A stretch of 64,000 nt of DNA from Sphyrna mokarran (taxonomy: Eukaryota). The stretch covers positions 105,028,001 through 105,092,000 of the forward strand of contig JAGIQG010000004.1 of assembly GCA_024679065.1 (NCBI GenBank). The letters run 5' to 3'. Below, piece by piece: positions 25,575 to 38,852 of this stretch (position 1 is the first letter of the stretch; each line of letters opens with the position of its first letter). The notes beneath the pieces are model-generated. The model ran no database searches and was not told the DNA's origin. It saw only the letters and a list, made by a program, of their open reading frames with translations. Both the position numbers and the translations under genes were made by a program.

Positions 25575-25850
25575 GAGAACTTCAGCGGTAGCGTTGCTGC
25601 ACTTGGGCCAGAATCCACTCCAGGACTTGATGGTCATGGAAACCAAACAAGATGATTATCAGCCTATTAATTCTCAGAACACACCTGATGGCAAGCAGTA
25701 AGAGTTGGAAAGTTTTCTGATCAGCCATTCTGCAGATGGCAACAGCAAATCACTGCAATGCCTCATCAAACATAATCATTGACCAATTCATTGAAAGCCG
25801 ATGGTCGCTTGTGCCCTCCAAAAGCATGGCACGTGAAGAAGAAGTAAGAA
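25575..25850 (+). mobile_element. Old SINE-like element with RTE-type motif and (GAA)n tail
   Basis: GATGGCAACAGCAAATCACTGCA resembles the RTE/BovB-related GGCAATGGCAAACCACT motif; ends GGCACGTGAAGAAGAAG. Confidence 0.35.
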
Positions 25851-26311
25851 ACAGGGCTTCTGTGTTTAGAAGAGGCAATTAGACAGATCAGTTGGTTATG
25901 CGGATATTTCAAAATTTATATCAACAATATTAGGGTACGATCCTTCCATTACATTTCAGATTACAACTCTGTTGATAGGCAAAGTCTCTATGGTATCAAA
26001 TCTCATCTATTTATTGTATAGCTTTCCAACATGTGTGGTTCTCAGTCCTACAGATCAAAAAAATCTTAATTTCATCTAATGCAACAGAGTAGATTACAAA
26101 GCACAATGTAGAATTGGCAACGCTTATCTGGAATTTTAAAGAAAGGTCATCCTTGTTTCCATCCCTCATCACTATTCAATGATACCTCTGAAAACTCTCA
26201 TGTGGATATCAAGCAAGAATACGTAGAATGTGTTGTCCCGATGTCAAATAGCTCAACAATGTCAATATAGTCAGCTCACACCTGCCAGTATGACAACATC
26301 AAAGGCAAAAT

Positions 26312-26330
26312 TCTGGCCATCTGGTGGACA
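26312..26330 (-). promoter_or_regulatory. Candidate CTCF site
   Basis: Minus strand CCACCAGATGGC (26316-26327) matches the core consensus. Confidence 0.45.
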
Positions 26331-26361
26331 AGAATATCAGAATTGTAGAATAATACACCTC

Positions 26362-26580
26362 AGAAACGTAGAAACAAAAAAAAACTAGGAGCAGGTGTAG
26401 ATCATTTGGTCCTTCCATCCCGCTCTGCTATTCACTACAATCATGACTGATCATCCAACCCAATAGCCTGATTACACCTTCCCTTCCACCCTGCAAACCC
26501 CCTCCCCTGCACTCCCCCCCCTTTCCCGTACCTGCCCGCCCAACATATCCTTTGATCCCTTTGGCCTAAGAGCTAAATCT
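26362..26580 (-). mobile_element. CR1 3' UTR fragment
   Basis: TAGAAAC..TAGGAGCAGGTGTAGATCATTTGGTCC..ATCATGACTGATCATCCAAC is homologous to 56398-56545 and 33340-33420. Confidence 0.7.
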
Positions 26581-27175
26581 AACAAGAGGCTTTTCTGTCC
26601 TGTGTTGGGAATTTTACACTGTGTTCCATTGCTGGGGTAGGAAGGGTGGAGATGAGGGGTCAAATGATATCCAGGAAAAGAGAAGTATACAGAATCAATG
26701 AGGAGAGGGATATCCAAAAGCGACATTGGCAACAAAGTATCCTTGTCACTGACAACAAATAATGTCACAGGAAGCTGCAATTATTTCCTCATTTAAATGT
26801 TTATCAGGTCCTGAAAAAGCAGGTGTTAAAAATAAAATAAAATCAAATAATAGCATGTACAATGAAGAACATCGCCACTTGCATCATGCTGATGCTAACT
26901 CACAGTGTGAACATAAAACAAAATCTGTGACTTAGGCTTTTAATGAGGGCAGAATGTACATTTGTAAAGCCATTAGCCAGATTAAGTACAGAATAAATCA
27001 GGATTGCATTTTCCAATTGCTGCAGTATGTCTTTGAAGAACAAATCTTGATCCAGACAAATTTCCTCTGGCATTCGATTGTGGTAAACTTAAATAACAGC
27101 TTTAAAGAATTGATAGTAATGATGGAGGAAACATGAATGGACACAGAATTTATTAATTGTCTAGGGATGCAGTAT

Positions 27176-29545
27176 GGGAAGATGGTAACGTAGTGGTGGT
27201 GTCACTGGACTAGTAACCCACAGGCTTAGACTAATGCCCTGAGGACATGGGTTAAAATCTCACCATGACAGCTGGTGCAATTTAAACACAATTAATAAAT
27301 CTGCAATGAAAAGCTCTTCTTAGTAAGGGTGAAACCACTGTCAGTCGACATAAAAACCCATCTGGTTCACTAATGTCAATCCTTACTGGGCCTGGTCTGA
27401 CCTACAGATGACTGACGTTGTCTGAAATGGCCCAGCAAGTCACTCAGTTGTATTTAAACACAGCTGAAAAGTCAAAAAGGAATAAAACTGGACAGACTAC
27501 TTGGGATTGACCTGTGCACCGAAAACAATGACAGCACACCCAACTCTGTTCTAGTAACAATGGCCAGAATGGAGAAGGTTATCCCACTGACTCATCAGCA
27601 GATTGAATAAGAAAACCTGCTGATTGTGCACCCCCATCTGCTCAGTTGATAAGTTAATCCTCCTTCATGTTGCATAATATTTGAAGGAAGCACAGAGCGT
27701 GACGTGGACACATAATGTATCCTCAGTGGGGGACTATAATGTCCATCACCAAAAAAAGCCACTACTGTCTAAGTCCCAAAATTTAGCTGCTGAATTGGGT
27801 CTTCGGCCTACTTGAATGCCAAATAGCACAATAGACAAAGGACAAAAAACAGATCAGGTTTAAGCTCCACAGTCCTGCCACATGGTGGCGGACAATTAAT
27901 CTGCTCACTCAAGGAAGCTTTACACACATCCCCACCCTCAATGATGGAGGAAACCAGCTCATCAGGACAAAGAATAAGGCTGAAACATTTGCAACAATCT
28001 TCAGCCAAAGATGCCAAGTGAATGATTAATCTCAACCTCCTCCTAAGCTCCTTAACATCACAGTGACTGTGTTCAGTCAATATGATTCGTTCCATGTGAT
28101 TTTGCTGGAGGAGTGGATACTGCAAAAATTAAAACTCCTGGCAATACTCCTGTAATATTGCTGAAGATCAATCTGCAAAATTAGCAGAACCTCTGGCCAA
28201 ACTGTTCCACTCTAGCCACAACATTGGCGCCTTTCTGGAAATGTGGACAATTGTCCAAGAATGTATTGCATACAGAACGCAGGATAAATCCAACCTGCAC
28301 TTACCCCCGCATCAGTCTACTCTCAATCATTAATAAATTGATCGAAGGGGTTGTCGACAATGCTTTCAAGCAGCACTTACACAGCAATAACCTGTTCCAC
28401 CAGGGTCACTCGGCTCCTAAGCTTATTACAACTATGGTTTAAACATGAATGAAAGAACTGAGCTCAAGAGGTGAAGTATGAGTGACTACCCTTGACTCCG
28501 AGGCAGCATTTGAACAAGTGCAGTATCAAGGAGTCCTCGCAAAACAAAGTCAGTGTGGATCAAGGGGAAAATTTTCCACTGATTAAAGTCAAGACTGGCA
28601 CAAGCGAAGATAGTTGTAGTTGTTGGAGGTCAATCATTTTAGTCCCACAATATTGCGCAGGAGTTGCTTGGAGGTCTTAAACAAATCAACTTCAGCTTCT
28701 TCATCCATGATCTTCCCTCCATCATAAGATCAAAGTGGAGGTATTCACTGTTTTCACAATGTTTAGCATGATTCATAACTCCTCAGATCACGTGCCCATG
28801 TGCAATAAGACCTGGAGAACATTCAGGCTTGGGCCGACAAGTGGCAACTAACACTGGTGCCCTACAAGTGCTTGGCAATAACAACCTTCAACAAGAGAAA
28901 TTTAACCATTCCCCCTTAATTATTAATGGCTTTCATATTACTGAATCTCCCTCTGCCAACATTCTGGGGATTACCATTGATTGAAAACCGAACTTGATCA
29001 GCGCTATTAATAATATGCCAACAAAAGCAGGTCAGAGGCTGGGGAATTCTGCAGACAGTAATTTACCTCCTGACTCCCTAAATCCTGATTATCATCTAAA
29101 GGCTCAAACCAGGAGTGTGATGGACTGGGTGTGTGCAGCTCCAACAACACTAAAGAGTCTCAACACCATCCAGGACAAAATAGTTTGATTCGCATGCCAG
29201 TCACCACCATAAAATTTACTCATTGAGCACCAATTATCCTTCAACAGTACTTTCTAAACACACAATCTCTCCCAGCTGAAAGGACAAGGGCAGTGAAACA
29301 TCACTGTCTGCAAGTTCCACTCCACCCTAAGCCACATACCATCTGGAAATATATGCCATTTCCTTTACTGTCACTGATTTAAAATCTTAGAACTCCCTAG
29401 AACTAATAGCACAGCGGGTGTGCCTACACCACATGGACTGTGACAGTTCAAAGCAACGGCTTACCACCACTTGAGGGACAATTCAGAATGGGCAATAAAT
29501 ATTGATCTACTCAGTGCCGCCCACACCCTGTGAAAAAAATTTTAA
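27176..29545 (+). mobile_element. Decayed CR1-clade LINE 'family B' with tRNA-like 5' head, internally deleted EN-RT ORF and 3' tail
   Basis: A-box-like GGTAACGTAGTGG and B-box-like GGTTAAAATCT; EN GDYNVHHQ (about 27729); RT YPRISLLSIINKLIEGVV; DLENIQAWADKWQL; tail GGGCAATAAAT..GCCCACACCCTGTGAAAAA. Confidence 0.8.
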
Positions 29546-30390
29546 AAAGTCACTTTTACATGTCACAATACTTCATAATTCTCATTGTTCTCATTTTGTG
29601 GATAATTTTCCATTTAGCATGAATATATTTACTGTTGTTAAAAGTCAGCATTCACATTAGAACTGCAATGGAGAAGCTGTTAGAAATTAAAGGAGCAACA
29701 ATGCAAGACTGGGAATAAACAATCACATATATGCATAGGTGCTAGGAGAAAAATGGTAGTAAGTATCAAAGCTAAAAGAATAGGAAAAAAAAATCTTTAC
29801 ACAGAGCTGCTTTCCACCTCCTCAAGACATCTCAAAACACTTTGATCCTTATGATAATTGCTTTGGTTATATAGATAAGTGTGACAGCTGAGACGTGCCA
29901 CAAATAATAAATTAAATAGACATCCAGTTAAAAATGTGTGGAGGGACTATGTAGAAAGAGACAAGGAGGTTGGGAAATGATCCAGTTCTCGATAAGTTAT
30001 GGCCCAGAAGATTTGACTCTCAGCTGTTTTTTGGAATGGCCTAGCAATCCATTCAGTTCAAGAGAAGTTAGGAATGGGAAAGAAAACATTGTCCTGAGTT
30101 GTAGACAATGCTGCTGGGTAAGTGATGAGGGTCTGATACATTGAAGCATGAGAAGCATTCACTGACATTGGCCATCCACATGAGGTCATCAGACATTTTG
30201 TGACCTTGCTGTCAGGTTCTCAGGTTCAGATGCCATTAATCGACCTCCCTGATTCCCTGAGGGCGATTTCCTGGAATACCCCTGTGCCGCATGGAACCGT
30301 AACATTTCCCCTTCAGCCATAATGTCTCTAGCACCATGCAGTGACTCTCTTTCCTCCCTGTTGCTCTATTTCCTTGTTCATAACTGCAAT

Positions 30391-30671
30391 GGGCAACATG
30401 ATAGCACAGTGATAAGCACTGCCGCCTTATAATGCCAGGGACCCAGGGTCAATTCCCAGCTTGGGTCACTATCTGTGTGGAGTTTGTATGTTCTCCCTGT
30501 GTCTGTGTATGTTTCCTCTGGTTGTTGTGGTTTCTTCCCACATTCTGAAAGATGTGCTAGTTAGGTCCATTTACATGAACTGGTGCCGGATTGTGACGAC
30601 GAGTGGAATTTCACAGTAACTTCATTGCAGTGTAATGTAAGCTTATTTGTGACAAATAAATAAATAAACTT
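30391..30671 (+). mobile_element. V-domain SINE (full length)
   Basis: GGGCAACATGATAGCACAGTG head, GGGTCAATTCCC B box, V domain, tail GTAACTTCATTGCAGTGTAATGTAAGCTTATTTGTGACAAATAAA. Confidence 0.9.
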
Positions 30672-32704
30672 TTTGATAATATTCAGCAGCAACATCATAT
30701 AATTCATTACAGCTTTCCTTTAAAAGTAGCAGGCCTCCTTTAAGAACAGAAGGTTGACTAGATCATTTGCTCTATGTGTATACTGCACTGTTCTGCTGAC
30801 ACAAAAGCAGCCAGTAGTACATCAAGTTCTTGGCCTTATGCTACAATCATACAGATGAGGTGATAATAAAAAATGCACCTTCTGCTTATCACAGGAATCA
30901 GTACGGGCAGGTTGTAAATCACGACTCCTACGCTTGATAAGCGGCACAAATCAATTTTTAGCCCTAAATTAAAACCATTACTATGACATTTTATATTGGG
31001 CCAACTTCGCAGCACAAGGCACCTTTATTACAAAGAAAAAGAAAGCCCAATTAATCATACAAAACAATAACCAAGTGACTTTTATTAACATTGTTCATTT
31101 AAAGATCTTTCAATATTTATACATCACCTATCACCTCAAAATAGAAATTGTAGAATGATGTTGCCATAGTTCTGAAATTCAAATGCTATCCTCTTCGTAT
31201 AAAGTAATTGTTAGCACCATAGCAACAAAAAGAAACATTAAAACATTTTCCTTCAATAAATGTTATCGATTACTTATGTACAGCTCATTGTAAGCTTCAT
31301 GGTCCTACATGGCATTAAAACAAAAGTTTATTTTAAAGTTGAAAGAGAATTAATTGACTTATCAAGTGCAGCAATTGGAAATCACAGTCTCTTGACATTC
31401 AAAACATTAAACCAATCATTGCAGATAGAATACAATATTGACTTTTAGCCGTTCTCCAAATTGTTCAGTCTCACCCAATACAATGCTTGCTGCTAGCAGG
31501 ATAGGAAAACCCCAGTCATTTCTTTCGCTGTGAAGAGATGGGAAACAAAACAGGTGCCATGTTGAATACTTTGAACTGTTTTGCTCTGATGAAGCTGAAC
31601 ATTGCACTCAGGCCTGACCTTGAGATGAACAGAAAGTCACCACCTTAACACAGATTAGGAGAATTTTGAAATGGGCAAGATATAAATGAAAAGATTTAAA
31701 TGTGCTATGAGTAAATAGGCTTCCTACTCAAACAGATAAGGATACTTGACCGAGAAGCTTTGTCAGAAAATCCTCGGAGCCAAATCTATTATCAACAGAA
31801 AAGTCAGGGCTCCAATCTCAAGAATTTGAGACTGCAGAGCTGATTCGATCTTATTCTGCGTTCCAGTTTATTAACACACATTACTTAAATTATTATGTAT
31901 TTTCTCCACCAGTCCATCAAAGTAAGATATTAATCAATATGAGCTTAACATTTCTCTCACCCCACTGACCCTCCTGTGTGGTAATTGGAACATTTCACTG
32001 CCAGCAGTGCAGGGGTGAAATCATTCTGCTAAACAGGCAGAATTCACATGTCAGCTCATCGTTCAATGTCAGGCTTGGCATGAATGCACTGGTGACGGTT
32101 TTCAGCTGGAGCTTCCATTACAAAGTGGTTGGCTGCAAAAAATCACTAGTGCGATGTGCACAGTCACAAAGCAATTAAAGATTTGAAATGTTTCATTAGT
32201 TTTAAGACAGAAAGAGATATGTCTACCTGAAAACAGTAGATTGTCTGTGCACAGCTACTCATTTTTCAAAACAGAATAGAATAGGAGGAAAGGAAATGAT
32301 GATTTTCTGCTTGTTGCAACCTAATTACTTGCAAAATGGAGATGCATTAATAAATTGATAAGATGCAGTGATATATGCTGTCATTAAATCAATGATGTTA
32401 GAAATAATAAATTCTGAATTAAATCAATCTTATTCAATGACAGTTTTATAGTCTAAAAGTGTGTGTCTGTCTTTCAGCTGCATATTAATTTTAGTTAGCA
32501 CATATAGAATATTGTCAAATGTTAGAACTCAATCAATTACATTGATTCAGTGTCGTTAAAGAATTATCAATATCAAACCTGGTGTTGTCCAGCTGCAAAA
32601 TGCAGGAAAGAGGGCAGAATAGATTCCAGGAAAAGAAAATCATTTAGCAAAAGAGAAAGTGAGAAATCGCATTTGGATCGTGAATCATTCACATAATAAA
32701 CAAT

Positions 32705-32953
32705 GGGCAGGATTTTCCCCTTACTCTGTGGCATGTTTCACAGTGGTAGCAGGCGGTATGCCACTCACTGGTGGCAGGATCCTATGGCCCTGCCATTGCC
32801 AATTGGATTTCCCATTGAACACATCCCTCACCACTGGGAAACCTGTAGTGGGGGTGAGGGGGAGGGTGGTGGTGTTGGGGGAGGGGGGTGCCGGTGCGCT
32901 GCCAGGGGAACCATAAGATCCTGCTGGCATAAATGGCAGCAAGATTTTGACAC
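32705..32953. mobile_element. Short Harbinger-type MITE (about 250 bp)
   Basis: Left TIR GGGCAGGATTTT, degenerate right TIR; homologous in inverted orientation to 42372-42575. Confidence 0.6.
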
Positions 32954-33324
32954 ATGAGTTCAAACTTAATTGTTGCATTGTATCATCTCCAAACTAGGAT
33001 GTACATGCCAATATTAGTAACTATGGAATATGACATATTGTTCAAGGGAATGGAAAATTAAAGTTAATTTGAAACAGTTGCCTGACCCAACTCAGTTTAA
33101 TATGTGGTAGCTTTTTGTGGTCTCAGCCACTTTGCTCAGACTTGTTTTAGTGTATTGGCATTTTGGGGATAGAAAGAATTTCGTTGAAGCTTGCAAATAG
33201 AGGATCACATTCAGAATCGCTATAACATGGGAAAAGAAAATTATGGCACTTCAGCAATAATTATGTGATGAAATTGTAATCTGCAGTGTATTTCACAATG
33301 TTGGCTTATGTGAACTCAAGAAAA

Positions 33325-35440
33325 AATAAGAATATAAGAACATAAGAAATAGGAGCAGGAGTAGGTCATCCAGCTCCTTGAGCCTGCCCCGCCATTCAAT
33401 AAGATCATGGCTGATCTGTAGTGGTTCAGTACCACTTTCCTGCTTTCTCCCTGTAATCCTTAATTCCCTTGTCAATCAAAAATCTATTCACTCTTGACTT
33501 GAACATGTTCAGTGAGGAAGCCTCCACCACTTCATCATGCAGAGAATTCCAAAGATTCACCACCCTTTGCGTGAAGAAATTCCTCCTCAACTCTGATCTG
33601 AACCGCCCCCCGCCCCCACCAATCTTGAGGCTGTGCCTTGTAGTCCTGCTATCTTTGCTAAGTGGGAAGAGTGTCTCAACCTCTACCCTATCTTTCCCCT
33701 TCATGATCTTATACATCTCTAGAAGATCCCCTCCCAGCCTTCTAAACTCCAAAGAGTATAAACCTAGCTTATTTGGCCTCTCCTCATAATCCAAAGCCCT
33801 AATCTCCAGTATCAGCCTAGTGAACCTTCTCTGCACCCCCCTCCAAGGCCAATATATCCTTCCTCGAATGCGACGACCAAAACTGCACACAGTACTCCAG
33901 CTGCAGCCTCACCAGTACCCTATACAGCTGCAAAAGTACCTCCCTACTTTTATATTCTATCTCCCTAGCTATAAAGGCCAACATTGCATTCGCCTTCTTG
34001 ATCACCTGCTGCACCTGTATACTGTGTTTTTGCGATTCATGCACAAGGACCCCCAGGTCCCTCTGCACCGTCGCAAACTGCCGCTTTTCACCATGTAAAT
34101 AGTAATCCTTCCTATCATTATTCCTACCAAAGTGGATAACCTCACACTTGCTAACATTAAACTCCATCTGCTGGGTCCTCGCCCACTCACTCAACCTATC
34201 CAGATCCCTCTGCAGGTTTTCCACACCCTTCATGCAATTTGCTTTTCCACATCTTTGTGTCATCAGCAAATTTCGTCACCCTGCACTCAGCCCCTTCCTC
34301 CAGATCATCTATGCAAATGGTAAATAGTTGAAGCCCTAGCACCGATCCCTGCAGCACTCCACTAGTCACTAGCTACCAATCAGAATAGCACCCATTAATA
34401 CTACTCTCTGCTTTCTATTAGACAACCAATCCTCTATCCAGTCTAACACCCTACCCCCAACTCCCTGCACTCTAACCTTCTACAACATTCTTTTGTGAGG
34501 CACCTTATCAAACGCCTTTTTGAAATCTAAAAACACCACATCGACTGGTTCCCCTCTATCTACTGCATTAGTCACTTCTTCATAAAACTCCAATAAATTC
34601 ATCAAGCATGACTTTCCCTTAATGAATCCATGCTGCGTCTGCTTGATCAAACAGTTTGTATCCAGGCGCCTCATTATTTCTGCTTTAACGACAGATTCAA
34701 GCATTTTTCCGAGTACTGACATTAAACTAACCAGCCTATAATTCCCTGCCTTCTTTCTGCTACCTTTTTTAAACAGTGGCATAACATTAGCCGTTTTCCA
34801 ATCTTCCGGCACTTTCCTGGAATCCAGCGAATTCTGAAAGATAATTACTAGGGCATCTGCTATCACCTCTGCCATTTCCTTGGGAACACTGGGATGCATT
34901 CCATCCGGTCTTGGAGACTTATCTGCCCTCAATCCCGTTAGCCTATCAAGCACCAACTCTCTAGTGGCTGTGATATCAAGGACCTCATCTCCTACCACCC
35001 TTCTATCCTGAATTTCAGGCAAGCTATTTACATCCTCCTCTGTAAAGACCGACACAAAAAACTTATTCAAGGTCTCTGCCATATCCTTAACATCCACCAT
35101 TAAACCACCCCCTCTCATCCTCCAAGAGTCCAACATTAACTCTGGCCATCCTCCCATTCTTTATTAGTTTATAAAAACTTTTATTGTCCTTTTTAATATT
35201 TCGAGCCAGTTTAGCCTCATATTCTATCTTCCCTTTTTTAATCACCCTTTTAGTCATTCTTTGTTGTTGTTTAAAACTTTCCCAATCCTCCAATTGCCCA
35301 CTATTTTTCGATGTTCTGAATGCCTCGGCTTTTGATTTAATACTCTCCTTAATTTCCCTGGAGAACCACCATGGGAATATATTTTTGCTGAGTACTGAAA
35401 AAGATCTCTTTAAAAGTCGTCCACTGTTCCTCAGCCGTCC
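33325..35440 (-). mobile_element. CR1 LINE ORF2 (RT and C-terminus), frameshifted
   Basis: ORFs 34480-35157 (KSPRPDGMHP..DFKKAFDKVPH), 33817-34269, 33426-33890; (CATAAGAA)n tail. Confidence 0.95.
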
Positions 35441-36062
35441 TATCAACCAACGTACTCCTCCAATAACAAACCAACGTACTCATCCAATGACAAAACCAAT
35501 GACAAATTTACAGGAGTGAGAATGCCCTTTCAAACTGGCAGTGTAAAGACAAAATCGAAGTATTACAGTAGCAGCAAATGCAATATTTTTCCGTGAATGA
35601 TTAGTATTCCTTAATATGGAATGACTGGTGTAAAGTGTGTTGAAGGACCTTGGCAGCTACTAGGTTTTTGACCTACCATGATGTGCTGTCAGCACTGCAT
35701 GCTAACCACTTATCTCCAGGTGGGATTATTTGCAAGGCTCCCCAAAACTCATAGAGCTATTTGAATTACAGCAAAGTTCATAGACAATAATCCAGACCAA
35801 ATAGTAATAGCATCTGTTTTTATCAGAACAAACTCCTTCAGATTTGATTGTAGCTTTTGAATGCTCAGAATGTTATTACTGTTAAAGTTTGTATCTTCTC
35901 CCACTTCCTCATCATTCTTCCGTGACTGTTCTTCCTATATTTTGTGAAATATTCATTGTTAAAGCACATTAGATCAGACCAGACCCCCAAATATTTAATG
36001 GTTAATTTGGCCTCTTCACTTTATATGATTAGCTAGTGTATAAACAAAAATTTAAATATCTA

Positions 36063-37640
36063 ATAGAGTCATAGAGGTTTACAGCATGGAAACAAGCTTT
36101 TTGGCCCAACTTGTCCATGCTGCCCTTTTTCTTAAATGCCTAAGCTGATCCCAACTGCCTGCATTTGGCCCACACCCTTCTATACCCATCTTATGTATGT
36201 AACTATCTAAATAGTTACTGAAGTACTGTGTGCAGTTTTGGTAGCTGCATTTGCGAAAGGATATATTGGCCTTGAGGGAGTGCAGAGAAGGTTCACCAGG
36301 CTGATACCGGAGATGAGGAGGTTAGCTTATGAAGAAAGATTGAATAGACTGGGTCTGCACTCGTTGGAGTTTAGAAGGCTGAGGGGGTGCCTTGTAGAGA
36401 CATATAAGATAATGAGTGGGCTAGATAGAGTAGAGGTAGAGAGATTCTTCCTGCTTAGAAAGAATAGCAGAACTAGAGGGCACAGCCTCAAATTAGGTGG
36501 GGGGGAAAGGGGGGGGCAGTTTAGGTTGGAGTTGAGGAGGAACTTCTTCACTCAAAGGGTGGTGAGTCTCTGGAATTCTCTGCCCATTGAAGTGGTGGAG
36601 GCTAACTCGCTGAATATATTTAAGTCATGAGTAGATAGATTTCTAATTGACAAGGGAATGAAGGGTTATGGGGAGAAACAGGAAAGTGGAACTCATCCAC
36701 TTCAGATCAGCCATGATCTTATTGAATGGCGGAGCAGGCTCGAAGGACTAAATGGCCTCCTGCTCCTATTTTTTTATGTTCTTACGTTCGTAAATGCTTT
36801 TTAAAAGGCAAAATTGTGCTCGCCCCTACATTAACTCTGACAGCTTGTTGCAGACACTCATCACCCTCTGTGTGAAAACACTGCTTCTTTGGACTCTTTA
36901 GTATCTCTCCCCTCTTATCTTAAATCTATGCCCTCTAATCTTAGTCTCCCCTACCTTTGGGAAAAGATATTGACTATCTAGCTGATCTGTGCCTTCATTA
37001 CTTTATAGACCTCTATAAGATCATCCCTTAGCCTCCTATGCTCCAGAAAAAAAGAATCCCAGTCTATCCCATCTCTCCTTAAAACTCAATCCATCAAGTC
37101 CTGGTAGTACCCTAGTAAATCTTTTCTGCACTCTTTCTAGACTTATAATATCCTTTCTATAATAGGGTGACCAGATTTGCACACAGTATTCCAAACGTGG
37201 CCTTACAAATGCCTTGTACAATTTCAACAAGAATACTCTTGTATTCAATGTTCTGACTGATGAAACCAAGCATGCCAAATGCCTTCTTCACCACTCTGTC
37301 CACCTGTTTCTCCACTTTCATGAAGCTATGAACATGTAGATTTCTTTGTTCCGTAACTCTCTCCAACGCCCTATCATGAACTGAGTAAGTCCTGCTCTGG
37401 TTCAATCTACCAAAATGCATCACTCCGCACTTGTCTAAATTAAACTCCATCTGCCATTCATCAGCCCACTGGCTCGATTGATCAAGATCCCGTTGCAATC
37501 GGAGATAACTTGCTTCACTATCCACTATGCCACTAATCTTGGTGTGATCTGCAAACTTACTAACCATGCCTCCTACATTCTCATCCAAATCATTAATATA
37601 AATGACAAGTAACAGTCCTGATTCCTGAGGCACACCGCAT
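36063..37640 (-). mobile_element. CR1 LINE 3' part, interrupted by an opposite-strand CR1
   Basis: Tail TAGAGTCATAGAG at 36063; IYINDLDENVGGMVSKFAD at 37157-37633; host sequence resumes at 36791. Confidence 0.9.
36213..36790 (+). mobile_element. 5'-truncated CR1 insertion
   Basis: ORF 36238-36630 (LEGVQRRFTRLIP..FFTQRVV); TSD TAAAT at 36208-36212 and 36791-36795. Confidence 0.9.
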
Positions 37641-37699
37641 GCAGTTTGTCAATAAAGGAGTGAATTTTGCAGGGGGAAAGAGATTGCTCACTTCATGAG

Positions 37700-37965
37700 A
37701 ACAACATAAGAACAGAAGAATTCAGAGCAGGAGTAGCCTGCTCCGTCATTCAATAAGATCATGTCTGATCTTTATGTGGACTCAGCTGCATTTACATGTC
37801 CGCTCACCATAAACCTTAATTCTTATACTGTACTAAAATTTACCTATCCTTGCCTTAAAAAACATTCAATGGGGTTGCCTCAGCTGCTTCACTGGCAGGG
37901 AATGCCACAGATTCACAACCCTTTGAGTGAAGAAGTTCCTCCTCAACTCAGTCCTAATATTCTCC
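37700..37965 (-). mobile_element. CR1 3' end fragment
   Basis: RTELRRNFFTQRVVNLWHSLP; CATAAGAAC tail. Confidence 0.8.
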
Positions 37966-37974
37966 CTACATTTT

Positions 37975-38250
37975 GTCCTTGCTCCTTCCTTCTCCAACTC
38001 CTTATGTAGGTTCCCATCCCCTGGATATATGTTTAAATACCCCCCAACCACTCTAGCAAACACTACCCTAGGACTTCAGTCCCAGTCCTGCCCAGGTGTA
38101 ACATGTTCAATTCGTACAGGTCCCACCTCCCCCAGAACTAGGTCCAATGTCCCATAATTCTGAAACCCTTCCCCTGACACTATCTCTTCAGAGATGTATT
38201 TATCCGATATATTCTTATACTTCTACTCTGACTAGACTTTCCTACCGCCA
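37975..38250 (-). mobile_element. CR1 ORF1 (SGNH esterase) C-terminal fragment
   Basis: Minus-strand FWGRWDLY..LHLG..FARVVG..LN pattern. Confidence 0.6.
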
Positions 38251-38344
38251 TCTCCTCATAGAAGGAAAGTGGTCCAGCAACCAACACATCCGAAAGAAGC
38301 TCGCCCTGCAGCCATTACATTCTACAGATAGGCCCACCCAGGTT

Positions 38345-38735
38345 TTATTTGATTTATTTTTTCATGGGATGTAGACATTGCTCTCAAGCCCAGCATCAGT
38401 TGTCCATCCCTAATTGTCCTTGAACTGAGTGTCTTGTCAGGCCATTAGAGTAACCACATTGCTGTGATTCTGGAATCAAGTATGTGTCAGATCAGGTAAG
38501 GATGACAGATTTTCTTCCCCAAACAATACTGGTGAGCCTGTGTTACGACAACTGATGATAATTTCATGGTCACTATTAGACTAGCTTTCGATTCCAGATT
38601 TATAACTTGAATTGGAATTTCATTTGATTTATTCTTTCATGGGATGTAGTTGCCAAGGTGGGATGTAAACATTAGACAGGGTCTTAAGATGGATTAAAAA
38701 TCCAGTGACATTGCCACAATACCACTATCCCCCCG
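38345..38735 (-). mobile_element. tRNA-headed SINE sharing head and tail with LINE family B
   Basis: Minus-strand junction CACTCAGTT|CAAGGACAATTAGGGATGG joins the head and tail seen on the LINE at 27176-29545. Confidence 0.8.
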
Positions 38736-38852
38736 ACCAGTGAGATGCGGTTCCACCCATCCAATTAGCCAGCTGTTTCAGTAGTCTTAGCAATGCCAGA
38801 GTTCTGAAGTGTCTGTTTGCTGGCACTGCAAATCGGCCCTGGGAGCATCATT

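Noticed and set aside
30391-30470. tRNA genes at A/B-box sequences
   Set aside because: They are SINE heads: no complete cloverleaf, and each continues into a V domain or SINE body.
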